Program-made: the position numbers and the translations under genes
Assembly (NCBI GenBank): GCA_965552135.1
Contig: CBEVQY010000026.1
Location: forward strand, 1-43,463
DNA length: 43,463 nt
Reading direction: 5' to 3'
From: an uncultured bacterium
GTDB taxonomy: Bacteria > UBP14 > UBA6098 > B30-G16
Shown here: in pieces, positions 9,803 through 19,120 of the stretch
How positions within the stretch are numbered: position 1 is the stretch's first letter
Layout of the letters: the number at the start of each line of letters is the position of its first letter
Notes under the pieces: generated by a model
Seen by the model: the letters and a program-made list of their open reading frames with translations, nothing else
Databases searched by the model: none
Told to the model about the DNA's origin: nothing

Positions 9803-11524
9803 ATGAAGTGGGTGTTGGCTGAGCGCGAGGACCCCGCGCTATCGCAAAAGCTTGCCGAAGAGTTGGCTATACCGCCCGTGGTGGCTCAGATCCTCGTCAA
9901 CAGAGGGCTGCGGACTGCTGAGCAGATGAAAGCTTTCTTCTACCCATCCCTCTCCGACCTCTCCGACCCCTTCGAGCTGCCCGATATGGACAAGGCGGTT
10001 GATCGCATCATCGAGGCGCTGCGCAACAGGGAGAGGATCGTCATATTCGGCGACTACGACGTGGACGGCATAACCGCAGCATCCCTCCTGTACCTCGTCC
10101 TCTCCCGCTTCGGGGCGGACGTTATGTGGTATCTGCCCGACAGGCTCCTTGAGGGGTACGGTCTTTCGCAGAAGGGGATAGACGAGGCGGTCGACAAGGG
10201 GGCGACGCTCCTTATCTCCGTCGACTGCGGCATCACGGGCACCGACACCGTGGAGTACGCCAAATCCCGCGGTCTGGACTGCATTATAACCGACCACCAC
10301 GAGCCCGGGGATCGGATACCCGAGGCGGTCGCCGTTGTCGACCCGAAGCTTTGCCCCGAGGACGTCCCCTACCGCGAGCTTGCGGGGGTTGGTGTTGCGT
10401 ATAAGCTCGCCGACGCGCTCTATGAGGCGCTCAACGAAGATAAATCCTACCTCCACCAGCACCTCGACCTCGTGGGCCTGGGGACGATAGCCGACATCGT
10501 CCCCTTGACGGGTGAGAACAGGGCGCTTGCTAAGTTCGGTCTCCGCACGATAGAGATGACGGACAAGCCCGGCATAAAGGCGCTTTTGCAGGTTTCGGGA
10601 CTTTGGGGCAGTGAGCTTTCGAGCTGGCATGTGGTCTTCGTCCTTGCGCCGCGCCTCAACGCAGTGGGGAGGATAAGCGACCCGTCCCTCGCGTTTAAGC
10701 TCCTTATATCGAACAACTATCGCGAGGCTCTGGAGATGGCGAAGATCCTCGAGGAGGAGAACAAGAGGCGCAAGGAGCTCGACGAGGCGATCTTTGCCGA
10801 GGCAGTTGAGCTTGCGGAGCGCACCATGCGACCCGAGGACAAGGCGCTTGTGCTTGTGAGCGATAGATGGCACCTTGGGGTCATCGGCATAGTCGCCTCA
10901 AGACTTGTGGAGAGATACTATCGCCCCGTCGTCTTGATATCCACGATAGATGGTCTTGGCAAGGGCTCGGCGCGGTCTATACCGAACTTCCACCTGCTTG
11001 ATGCCATCCGCAGCACCGGGCACCTTTTGACCAAGTTCGGCGGGCACAAGTACGCCGCTGGGCTTTGCATCGAGCCCAGCAAGATCGAGGAGTTCCGAAA
11101 GGAGTTTTTGCGTTACGCCGCCCAGCACCTGTCGGATGCAGACCTCGTGCCGCAGCTATACATCGACGCAAGAATCCTGCCCGAGGAGATAGACCTGAAC
11201 CTGGTAAACTGGCTCGATCTTTTCGCGCCGTTCGGTCCGGAGAACATGAGACCCGTCTTCCTCATCGAGAACGCCGATGTCGTCGGCGAGCCGCAGGTCG
11301 TGGGAACAAATCACCTCAGGATGCGCATACGCAACAGCAACCGCACCCTCGACGTCATAGGCTTTGGCTTCGGCGATATGAAGGAAAGCATATCGATGCG
11401 GACAAGACCCGTGCACCTTGCCGTCGTCATCGAAAAGAACACCTACTACGGCGAACCCGACGTGCAGCTCAGGATCAAGGACATAAAGCTTGGCAACTGG
11501 CGCTCTTTCCTGGACTTTGAGTGA
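9803..11524 (+). CDS. recJ: ssDNA-specific exonuclease RecJ
   Basis: GDYDVDG, VDCG, TDHH (DHH motif), GTIADIV, PRLNAVGR, GSARS, GGHKYAAG. SD GGAGG. Confidence 0.96.
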   Translation: MKWVLAEREDPALSQKLAEELAIPPVVAQILVNRGLRTAEQMKAFFYPSLSDLSDPFELPDMDKAVDRIIEALRNRERIVIFGDYDVDGITAASLLYLVLSRFGADVMWYLPDRLLEGYGLSQKGIDEAVDKGATLLISVDCGITGTDTVEYAKSRGLDCIITDHHEPGDRIPEAVAVVDPKLCPEDVPYRELAGVGVAYKLADALYEALNEDKSYLHQHLDLVGLGTIADIVPLTGENRALAKFGLRTIEMTDKPGIKALLQVSGLWGSELSSWHVVFVLAPRLNAVGRISDPSLAFKLLISNNYREALEMAKILEEENKRRKELDEAIFAEAVELAERTMRPEDKALVLVSDRWHLGVIGIVASRLVERYYRPVVLISTIDGLGKGSARSIPNFHLLDAIRSTGHLLTKFGGHKYAAGLCIEPSKIEEFRKEFLRYAAQHLSDADLVPQLYIDARILPEEIDLNLVNWLDLFAPFGPENMRPVFLIENADVVGEPQVVGTNHLRMRIRNSNRTLDVIGFGFGDMKESISMRTRPVHLAVVIEKNTYYGEPDVQLRIKDIKLGNWRSFLDFE

Positions 11525-11571
11525 GCTTTGTCGAAAAAAGTCTTGACTTGCGCGGTCTTGTCGATAATTAG

Positions 11572-12069
<498 letters not shown>

Positions 12070-12087
12070 TCGCTGCGTTTGCGCCTG

Positions 12088-12119
12088 AGGCGACCCAGGG
12101 TCGGGTCGCCTTTTTTATT
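12088..12119 (+). terminator. Intrinsic terminator between rpsG and fusA
   Basis: Stem AGGCGACCC (12088-12096) / GGGTCGCCT (12103-12111), followed by TTTTTATTT. Confidence 0.75.
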
Positions 12120-12149
12120 TGTCAAGGTCGGGTCGCCTTTTTTATTTGT
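12096..12149. repeat. 27-bp tandem duplication with one mismatch
   Basis: CAGGGTCGGGTCGCCTTTTTTATTTGT (12096-12122), then CAAGGTCGGGTCGCCTTTTTTATTTGT (12123-12149). Confidence 0.9.
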
Positions 12150-12163
12150 GGGGCTGGGTCGCG

Positions 12164-14239
12164 ATGGACTACAGGCTCGAAAAGGTTCGCAACATCGGCA
12201 TCGCCGCGCACATCGACGCGGGCAAAACCACCACCACCGAGCGAATCCTCTACTACACGGGGAAGATACACCGCATAGGCGAGGTCGACGAGGGCACCGC
12301 GCAGATGGACTGGATGGATCAGGAGAAGGAGCGCGGCATCACCATCACCGCCGCCGCAACCACATTCTTCTGGCGCGACTGCCAGATAAACCTTATCGAC
12401 ACCCCGGGGCACGTTGACTTCACCGTCGAGGTGGAGCGTTCCCTCAGGGCGCTCGATGGCGCTGTTGTCGTTTTGTGCGCCGTTGGGGGCGTTGAGCCTC
12501 AAACCGAAACGATCTGGCGCCAGGCGAACAGATACTCCGTGCCGCGGGTGGTTTTCGTCAACAAGATGGACAGGGTTGGCGCCGATTTCGAGCGCGCCGT
12601 GGAGATGCTCCACGAACGCCTCGGCGCAAAAGCCGCACCGATAAACATACCGATAGGCAAGGAGGAGAGCTTCCGCGGCGTCGTCGACCTCTTGAGGATG
12701 AAGGCTCTGATCTGGCGCGACGAGACGCTCGGCGCAAAGTTCGATGAGCTTGAGGTTCCCGAAGAGGTCGCCTCGGAGGCTCTGGAGGCGCGGAACGCGC
12801 TTTTTGAGCTCATCGCCGACTTCGACGACGAGCTTATGGAGTGTTTGCTTGATGATCGCGAGCCGCCCCTTGACGTCATCAAGCGCGCTATACGCAAGGG
12901 GACGATAGCTTATGGCTTTGTGCCCGTTTTGGCAGGCGCGGCTTTGCGCAACAAGGGCGTTCAGCCGCTTCTTGACGCAATCGTCGATTTCCTGCCGTCC
13001 CCTTTGGACGTTCCGCCCGTCAAGGGGAGGCATCCGAAGACGGGACAGGAGCTTGAGCGCCCACCGAATCCCGATGCGCCCCTTGCGGCGCTGGCGTTCA
13101 AAATCGCCGCAGACCCCTATGTCGATAGGCTCACCTACCTGAGGCTTTACTCCGGCACGCTCAAGGTGGGCGGAACGTACCTGAACCCGCGCACCCGGAC
13201 CAAAGAGCGCGTGCAGAAGATCTTTCGTATGCACGCCAACCGCCGCGAGGAGCTTCAGCGGGCTCACGCTGGGGATGTCGTTGCGGTGGCGGGTCTGCGC
13301 ACGGTCGCAACGGGCGATACACTGTGCGATCCGCACAAACCCATAGTCTTCGAGGCGATGGAGTTCCCCGACCCCGTCATCTTCGTCGCCGTTGAGCCAA
13401 AGTCTAAGGCAGACGAGGCGAAGCTCGATAGAGCGATAGCTCGCCTCGAGGATGAAGACCCAACCTTCCGCCACCGTGAGGACCCCGAGACCGGTCAGCG
13501 AATAATCGCCGGCATGGGCGAGCTTCACCTCGAGGTCCTCGTGGACAGGATGATCCGTGAATTTGGCGTTGAGGTCAACGTTGGCAAGCCCTACGTGGCG
13601 TATCGCGAAGCCGTCACCGAGGTTTCCCGCTCCCGCTACACGCTCGACCGCGCCGTGGGCGGGAAGAACCTTTTCGCCGAGGTCGAGGTCGAGGTTTCGC
13701 CCGCTGACGTCGGCGGCGTTTGTGTGGAGGACGCCCTCCCCAGCGATCACCCGCTACCACAGCAGTTCCGCCAGGCGATAGAGCGCGGGATCCTTTCGAC
13801 CAAGGACAGCGGTCCCGTTGCGGGATACCCTCTGCACAACGTGCTTGCTCGGATCGTCGGCGCGGAGTTCAGCGAGGAACACTCCACCGACATCGCCTTC
13901 GAGATGGCGGCGGCTCAGGCGTTTCAGGATGCCGTCCGAAGCGCAAACCCCATACTGCTTGAGCCGGTGATGAAGATAGAGGTCGTCGTTCCGGAGAGGA
14001 ACCTTGGCGACGTTATGGGCGACCTGACCTCCCGTGGAGCTGAGATCGAAGGCATAGACCACCGAAGCGACGGTGAGGTCATAAGGGCGGTCGTTCCGCT
14101 CGATGAGATGTTCGGATACACGACGACGCTTCGGTCGCTGACGCAGGGCAGGGGCTTTTTCACGATGCAGTTCTCGCACTACAGACGCCTTCCGCCGGCA
14201 AAGGAGGAGCGGATTTTGCTCAAAATTAGGGGTTATTGA
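12164..14239 (+). CDS. fusA: Elongation factor G (divergent domain IV)
   Basis: [50 protein letters not shown]. Confidence 0.95.
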   Translation: MDYRLEKVRNIGIAAHIDAGKTTTTERILYYTGKIHRIGEVDEGTAQMDWMDQEKERGITITAAATTFFWRDCQINLIDTPGHVDFTVEVERSLRALDGAVVVLCAVGGVEPQTETIWRQANRYSVPRVVFVNKMDRVGADFERAVEMLHERLGAKAAPINIPIGKEESFRGVVDLLRMKALIWRDETLGAKFDELEVPEEVASEALEARNALFELIADFDDELMECLLDDREPPLDVIKRAIRKGTIAYGFVPVLAGAALRNKGVQPLLDAIVDFLPSPLDVPPVKGRHPKTGQELERPPNPDAPLAALAFKIAADPYVDRLTYLRLYSGTLKVGGTYLNPRTRTKERVQKIFRMHANRREELQRAHAGDVVAVAGLRTVATGDTLCDPHKPIVFEAMEFPDPVIFVAVEPKSKADEAKLDRAIARLEDEDPTFRHREDPETGQRIIAGMGELHLEVLVDRMIREFGVEVNVGKPYVAYREAVTEVSRSRYTLDRAVGGKNLFAEVEVEVSPADVGGVCVEDALPSDHPLPQQFRQAIERGILSTKDSGPVAGYPLHNVLARIVGAEFSEEHSTDIAFEMAAAQAFQDAVRSANPILLEPVMKIEVVVPERNLGDVMGDLTSRGAEIEGIDHRSDGEVIRAVVPLDEMFGYTTTLRSLTQGRGFFTMQFSHYRRLPPAKEERILLKIRGY

Positions 14240-14247
14240 TAAAACTG

Positions 14248-14276
14248 TTGATTTCAATCTGTTGCGCTTTTAACTT
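14248..14276 (+). promoter_or_regulatory. Sigma70-type promoter placed for leaderless transcription of the 14283 gene
   Basis: TTGATT, 17 nt, TAACTT. The GTG start follows 6 nt after the -10 box with no SD. Confidence 0.55.
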
Positions 14277-14282
14277 TTCGAC

Positions 14283-15014
14283 GTGGCGAGATTTTTTTTA
14301 AAGGTGCTTTTGGTTGTGCTCTGCGGCGCAGCCTTTGCCCAAACGGTGAGCGTTGGCGAAGGCGATACGGTTCACATCAGGGTTACACTGCGGATGGTGG
14401 GCGCCGCGTGGTCCATCGACACCCTCGCCGATGGGTGGGACAACGACTCCTACGTCCTCGACTCCGTTTGGAGCTACGACGGCGACTCCTTTTGGGTCAA
14501 CGCCGGCGAGGTCGACCCGTGCTCCGTTTTGGTTCCTGCGTACTGGCTCGAGAACCTTGGCGGCATCACACTCGATATCCTCGTTCGCGCTGAGACGGGT
14601 CCCGACTGGGTTTGGCACGACAGCCTGCTCGACTGCGCAAGCATCGAAGCGCTCGGCATGCCCGACGTCGCTGGAATTGCCATCGTCGCTATGAGGGCAG
14701 ACGGGATAATCGATGACTTTTCGCCAGCGCTTATAAGCTCTCGATGCATACCGCCCGTCACGGGTTCGTGGGATGAGATCGACATAGATTCGTACTACCC
14801 GAGTCCGCCTTATTTTTCGTGGCGCTATCCGTATGTGGACTCCACGGGTACGAATCTGGCGGCGCACGATCCACTCGTTGCTCCGGGAGATGGCGAATAC
14901 AGGCGCGACAACGACCAGATGGAGCTTTATTTCTACATCCTGCCGCCGCCGATATCAACTGCAACGGAAGCTCAAAAGGTAAGGTTTTGGATTAAGGCGA
15001 AAATTTCAGATTGA
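14283..15014 (+). CDS. Secreted acidic beta-rich hypothetical protein (possible fibre/pilin subunit)
   Basis: Signal peptide ending AFA. N-terminal strand DTVHIRVTL and C-terminal strand QKVRFWIKAK. No recognisable enzyme motif. Confidence 0.6.
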   Translation: MARFFLKVLLVVLCGAAFAQTVSVGEGDTVHIRVTLRMVGAAWSIDTLADGWDNDSYVLDSVWSYDGDSFWVNAGEVDPCSVLVPAYWLENLGGITLDILVRAETGPDWVWHDSLLDCASIEALGMPDVAGIAIVAMRADGIIDDFSPALISSRCIPPVTGSWDEIDIDSYYPSPPYFSWRYPYVDSTGTNLAAHDPLVAPGDGEYRRDNDQMELYFYILPPPISTATEAQKVRFWIKAKISD

Positions 15015-15107
15015 AAGCTTTGTGATTGGTTGTTAAACGATTATCCTTGACGTAGTAGCAAGGACGTGGAAGTTATAAACGTGGGTTTGTAATCGGAGGT
15101 GTAGGTT

Positions 15108-16019
15108 ATGTCGAGGCTGCAGACGATACTTTTTGTGTTTTTGCTGTGCGGCGTTGCGCTTGGGGCGTCGGTTGAGATACTGCCGGCGATCGTAAGCTTC
15201 GACTTCATACCGCCGGGCTATGACTTCGACATGAGGAAGAAGGCGGGCGTTCCCATTTACATTCCCAACAACAACGATGTTTCGATGGAGTTTTCGGTCA
15301 GTTTGACGGCGTCCAAACCTCCGGATGCCCTCCTGCCTGGGTACGAGAACTTTCCTGATCTGAGCTGGTGCCGCGTTGAGCCTGCGAAGGTCAAGGTCGA
15401 GCCGGGCGATACGGGCGAGGTCAACCTTATCTTCCGCATCCCGCCCGACAGCGGATACTACAATCAGTACTGGGAGCTTGGTGTTGTGGTCCAGAGCTCC
15501 CGAGTCGTTTCGGTTTCGACCCCACAGGTCCAGTTCGGTATCCTTCCGAGCATAAGGGGCAGCTACCTTATAAGCACAACGCCCAAGCCGGGGATAAACC
15601 CGAAGGGTCGACTGACGGGCATCGCTCCATCGGCGGCGTGGCTGACGAAGGATGAGGCGATCAAGGGCAAAGAGCTTACGTTCACGATCTACAACAACGA
15701 CACCGTTGCCCACGACTACGTGATCGAGCCGTACGAGTTCCCCAAGTTCAAGTGGTACGACATAAGGCTTGCCATCCAGCTTTTCGAGGACCACAAAGCC
15801 GGCGATATTAAATGGCTCAAGGTGTCTAAGGGCTTTCTCTTCTTCAAGAAGAACACCGTGCACGTGGAGCCTGGTGGTTCCGCCGAGTGGACGGTGGGGA
15901 TCAAGCTCCCTGATACAGAAGAGGTCCGCTCGACCCCAGGGTGGGATTTCGTGGTGAAGATCCTCCCCGAGGGGAAGAAGGCTCACTCGGGCATATTCCG
16001 GATAACCGTTCAGGACTAA
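15108..16019 (+). CDS. Secreted hypothetical protein with two Ig-like domains (chaperone/DUF916-like)
   Basis: SD GGAGGT. Signal peptide. Two internal repeats: N-N-D ... W-x-x-V ... V-x-VEPG ... IP/LP ... W. Confidence 0.65.
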   Translation: MSRLQTILFVFLLCGVALGASVEILPAIVSFDFIPPGYDFDMRKKAGVPIYIPNNNDVSMEFSVSLTASKPPDALLPGYENFPDLSWCRVEPAKVKVEPGDTGEVNLIFRIPPDSGYYNQYWELGVVVQSSRVVSVSTPQVQFGILPSIRGSYLISTTPKPGINPKGRLTGIAPSAAWLTKDEAIKGKELTFTIYNNDTVAHDYVIEPYEFPKFKWYDIRLAIQLFEDHKAGDIKWLKVSKGFLFFKKNTVHVEPGGSAEWTVGIKLPDTEEVRSTPGWDFVVKILPEGKKAHSGIFRITVQD

Positions 16020-16044
16020 CACCGCTTGGCAGAGGTGGTCTTTG

Positions 16045-16072
16045 GGGCAGCTTTGGGCTGCCCTTATTTTTT
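16045..16072 (+). terminator. Intrinsic terminator
   Basis: GGGCAGC / GCTGCCC hairpin followed by TTATTTTTT. Confidence 0.65.
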
Positions 16073-16084
16073 GCCTCTTTGGGT

Positions 16085-16897
16085 ATGAGGGCACAGGAGC
16101 TTTCGAAGTCGGAGCTTAGGCGCTACAGGCAGCTTTTGCGCCATCCAGAGAAGGGCGCTGAGCTTTTCGCCGTGGAGGGCGCAAGACTTGTCCTCGAGCT
16201 TTTGCGCCACGGCGGGCGCCGGGGATATGAGGTTGTCGAAGTCCTCATCGACCCGACCTTCGGCAAGAGGGCGCTGGGCGACACGCTCGTTCGTGTTGCA
16301 GCCGAGGCAAGTGTGCCCGTGAAGGTAGTGAAGAGGAGGGCTCTGCACGCCATATCTGATACTACTACGCCGCAGGGTGTTTTAGCTGTCGTTAAAAAGC
16401 CCGCGGACGCCCACCTTGCGCTTGAGAGGATTCTTCGCCGCAGGGGGGTTGTCGTCTTCCTCAACGCCGTGCAGGATCCCGGCAACTGCGGCACCCTGAT
16501 AAGGTCTGCCGCGGCTTTGGGCGCAAGCGGCGTTGTGCTCGGTGGCGAGACGGCAAGCCTGTACAACCCCAAGGTCCTTCGCGCGACGGCTGGCGCGTTC
16601 GTGCACGTAGACGTCGCGCGCGTTGAGGATGACACCGAAGCCGTGCGCAGCTTCGCGGACGCCGGCTTTTGCGTTGTGGCAACCACGTCGAACCCTGATG
16701 CCGACCCCATATTCGAGCTTGAGCCAAGCGAAAAAACGCTCCTTGTCGTCGGCAACGAGGCTTCGGGGATAAGCCCCGAGGTTCTTCGGCTCGCCCGAAG
16801 GGTGGTGAGGATACCCATTCGACCCGAGGTTGAGTCGCTCAATGCCGCCGTGGCGGGGGCGATCGCTCTCTACGAGCTCCTCATCCGAAGGGTTTGA
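16085..16897 (+). CDS. TrmH/SpoU family RNA 2'-O-methyltransferase
   Basis: VEGARL, VQDPGNCGTLIRSA, NPKVLRA, VGNEASG, ESLNAAVA. Confidence 0.93.
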   Translation: MRAQELSKSELRRYRQLLRHPEKGAELFAVEGARLVLELLRHGGRRGYEVVEVLIDPTFGKRALGDTLVRVAAEASVPVKVVKRRALHAISDTTTPQGVLAVVKKPADAHLALERILRRRGVVVFLNAVQDPGNCGTLIRSAAALGASGVVLGGETASLYNPKVLRATAGAFVHVDVARVEDDTEAVRSFADAGFCVVATTSNPDADPIFELEPSEKTLLVVGNEASGISPEVLRLARRVVRIPIRPEVESLNAAVAGAIALYELLIRRV

Positions 16898-16955
16898 GCC
16901 TTGTGGGTCGGTGTCGCAACAATTCCTGCGAGGATTTTCGCCGCAAGGTGTAAAG

Positions 16956-17483
16956 CTATCCCTCTATTTTGCCGCGGACCTGGGTGACGGTTATGTGTTG
17001 GAAGTTGGGGTCCGACCTGAACCCCACGCCCTCGATGACCTCCCTCCCGCGGACGAGCCTTACGGCTGAGCCGCTTTCTATCTGGTGGTTTTTGGGATTC
17101 CATCGGAGGGAGTCGGCGAAGAGCTTCGTTCCGTCGGGCGCGACGAGGACCACGTCTCCGAACACCGCCACCGTGCGCCTGCGCGTGCCACGACCGAGGA
17201 CGAACCCCGAATCGGCAACCATGCCGCCCCGCGGAATCGTGTCCCCCGCGGGGAAGAAGTCGACCTTTATGTCCCACCCCCACGTGGTTCCATCGCGCTC
17301 CTCAAGGCGGTTGGCGTAAAGTATCGCCTGGAGCCTCCCGCCCTCGGTGAAAAAGACCTTCACCGCTTCGGTCTGCGAGGCGCTTCCGGACGGTGCCCTC
17401 GATTCGTCCCTACTTTTGGCACATCCCCAGAAGACCCAAAGGAGCGCACACAAAAGCAAAAGCTTTTCGGCACACGCTCTCAC
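16956..17483 (-). CDS. lptC: LPS export protein LptC-like (lipoprotein signal)
   Basis: Lipobox FWGC. Beta-jellyroll pattern VDFF...ADSG...GDVVLV...LFADSLRW...IEGVGF. GTG start just after the upstream ATPase stop. Confidence 0.72.
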   Translation of the reverse strand: MRACAEKLLLLCALLWVFWGCAKSRDESRAPSGSASQTEAVKVFFTEGGRLQAILYANRLEERDGTTWGWDIKVDFFPAGDTIPRGGMVADSGFVLGRGTRRRTVAVFGDVVLVAPDGTKLFADSLRWNPKNHQIESGSAVRLVRGREVIEGVGFRSDPNFQHITVTQVRGKIEG

Positions 17484-17485
17484 GG

Positions 17486-19108
17486 CTACTCGTCGATCTG
17501 CGTCTTCGGCACGACGCGCATCACCTCGTCGAGGGATGTCTCCCCAGTCCAGACCTTTTTCATCGCCTTTTGCCAAAGCGTTTCGATCTTTTCGCTTTTG
17601 GCGCGCTGAAGCATCCTCTCCAGCGAGGGCGTTGGCGTGAAGAGATCAGTTGTAATAAAACTTTTGGGCACAAGCTCGAAGACGCCGGTATAGCCCACGT
17701 ATCCGGTTCCGGCGCAGTGGTCGCAGCCCTTGGGGTGATAGAGCAGGATGCCCTCGACCTCGGTTTGGGTTTTGCAGTGTGGGCAAAGCTTTCGAACAAG
17801 CCTCTGCGCGACGACGAGGTTTACGGTGCTTACGAGCATAAAGGGCTCTATGCCGAGGTTGTGGAGCTGCATGAGCGCCTCGAACGAGTTTGTGGCGCAC
17901 ACGGCGGCTATCACAAGCGTCCCGACGTAGGCTGACCTTAGGGCAAGCTCGGCGGTTTTGGGGTCGCTTATCTCGCTTACGTAGATTATGTCTGGGGCAA
18001 GCTTTAGCGCTGCCTCAAGCGCCTCGGGGAAGTCGAAGCCGCTGGAGCGGTCAACGCCTATCTGGTTCACGAGGGGCAGAAGCTCCTCCACTGGGTCCTC
18101 GACGGTGGTGATCTTCTTTTCGGGGTTGTTCACGCGCCTGAGCATGGCGTACGCGGTGGTCGTCTTCCCCGATTCCCGTGGCCCGCACAGTAGGACCAAA
18201 CCCTTCGGCTGCGACAGAGCCTCTGCGATTACAGAAAGCTCTGCCCTCGTGAGCCCGAGCTTGTCCAGAGAGGTCGGTCGCGGCTGCGCAGAAGGGAAAC
18301 TCACAACGGCGTTCTCGCCTTTAGCTGTCGGAACGAAGACAACCTTAAGCGAATACTTTTTGTCCTTGCTACTTACCCTAAAGCCTCCCGTCTGGACGGT
18401 GTCACGCACAGAGGGGTCCAAGCCGCACATCATCTTAAGGCGCGAGATGATGTTGTCGTGGTAGATCGAGGGCGTCTTGTACTGCTTCTTAAGGACGCCG
18501 TGGATCCGGTAGCGGATGTAGGTTTGTTCTGTGTCGGCTTCGATGTGCATGTCGCTTGCGCCAAACTCCAGCCCCCTTAGCAGAAGCCCCCTTACGAAGT
18601 TGACGATGTTTGTTTGGATTTCCTTCTCCGTTTCGGCTTTTGCCTCGCCCGATACTGCAGCGGGGCGGGTTGGCAGGATCTCCTGCGCCTCGCTTAGGCG
18701 CAAAAGCGCCTCGTCTATCTTCGATGGCTCCACTATCGCGGGCGTCACGCGGTAGCCCGAAACAAACTCCGCACGCTCTATCGCCTCGTAGTTCATAGGG
18801 TCGTCCATGGCGACTATGAGGCTGTTGTTCTCTATCTTGTAGGGGATGAGCCTGTACTTCCGGCAGATGTCGGTTGGGATGAGCTTCAGGACGTCGGGGG
18901 AGAGGTCGTTTAGGTCGAACTGGATACGCAGGAAGTTGCGCTGCTGGCTGACGAGGTCGGTGATAAGCTTTTCCGTCACCCACCCAAGCTCGATGAGGAT
19001 CTGCCCAAGCTTGCCACCCTTGCGCTTTTGTATCTCGAGGGCTTGCCGAAGCTGCTCCTGGGTGAGTATCCCAGCCTCTACCAAAAGTTCCCCAAGCTTT
19101 TTCGCCAT
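17486..19108 (-). CDS. GspE/PilB family ATPase with N-terminal MshEN domain; catalytic motifs degenerate
   Basis: KLGELLVEAG...ALEIQ, ASDMHIE, GPRESGKTTT, TVEDPVE, AQRLVRKLCPHC...GCDHC. Confidence 0.88.
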   Translation of the reverse strand: MAKKLGELLVEAGILTQEQLRQALEIQKRKGGKLGQILIELGWVTEKLITDLVSQQRNFLRIQFDLNDLSPDVLKLIPTDICRKYRLIPYKIENNSLIVAMDDPMNYEAIERAEFVSGYRVTPAIVEPSKIDEALLRLSEAQEILPTRPAAVSGEAKAETEKEIQTNIVNFVRGLLLRGLEFGASDMHIEADTEQTYIRYRIHGVLKKQYKTPSIYHDNIISRLKMMCGLDPSVRDTVQTGGFRVSSKDKKYSLKVVFVPTAKGENAVVSFPSAQPRPTSLDKLGLTRAELSVIAEALSQPKGLVLLCGPRESGKTTTAYAMLRRVNNPEKKITTVEDPVEELLPLVNQIGVDRSSGFDFPEALEAALKLAPDIIYVSEISDPKTAELALRSAYVGTLVIAAVCATNSFEALMQLHNLGIEPFMLVSTVNLVVAQRLVRKLCPHCKTQTEVEGILLYHPKGCDHCAGTGYVGYTGVFELVPKSFITTDLFTPTPSLERMLQRAKSEKIETLWQKAMKKVWTGETSLDEVMRVVPKTQIDE

Positions 19109-19120
19109 AGGCACCCTCGG

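Noticed and set aside
12096..12149. Possible CRISPR repeat
   Set aside because: Only two adjacent copies with no spacer, and no cas genes in the window.
12122..13750. 542-aa minus-strand ORF
   Set aside because: Antisense shadow of fusA.
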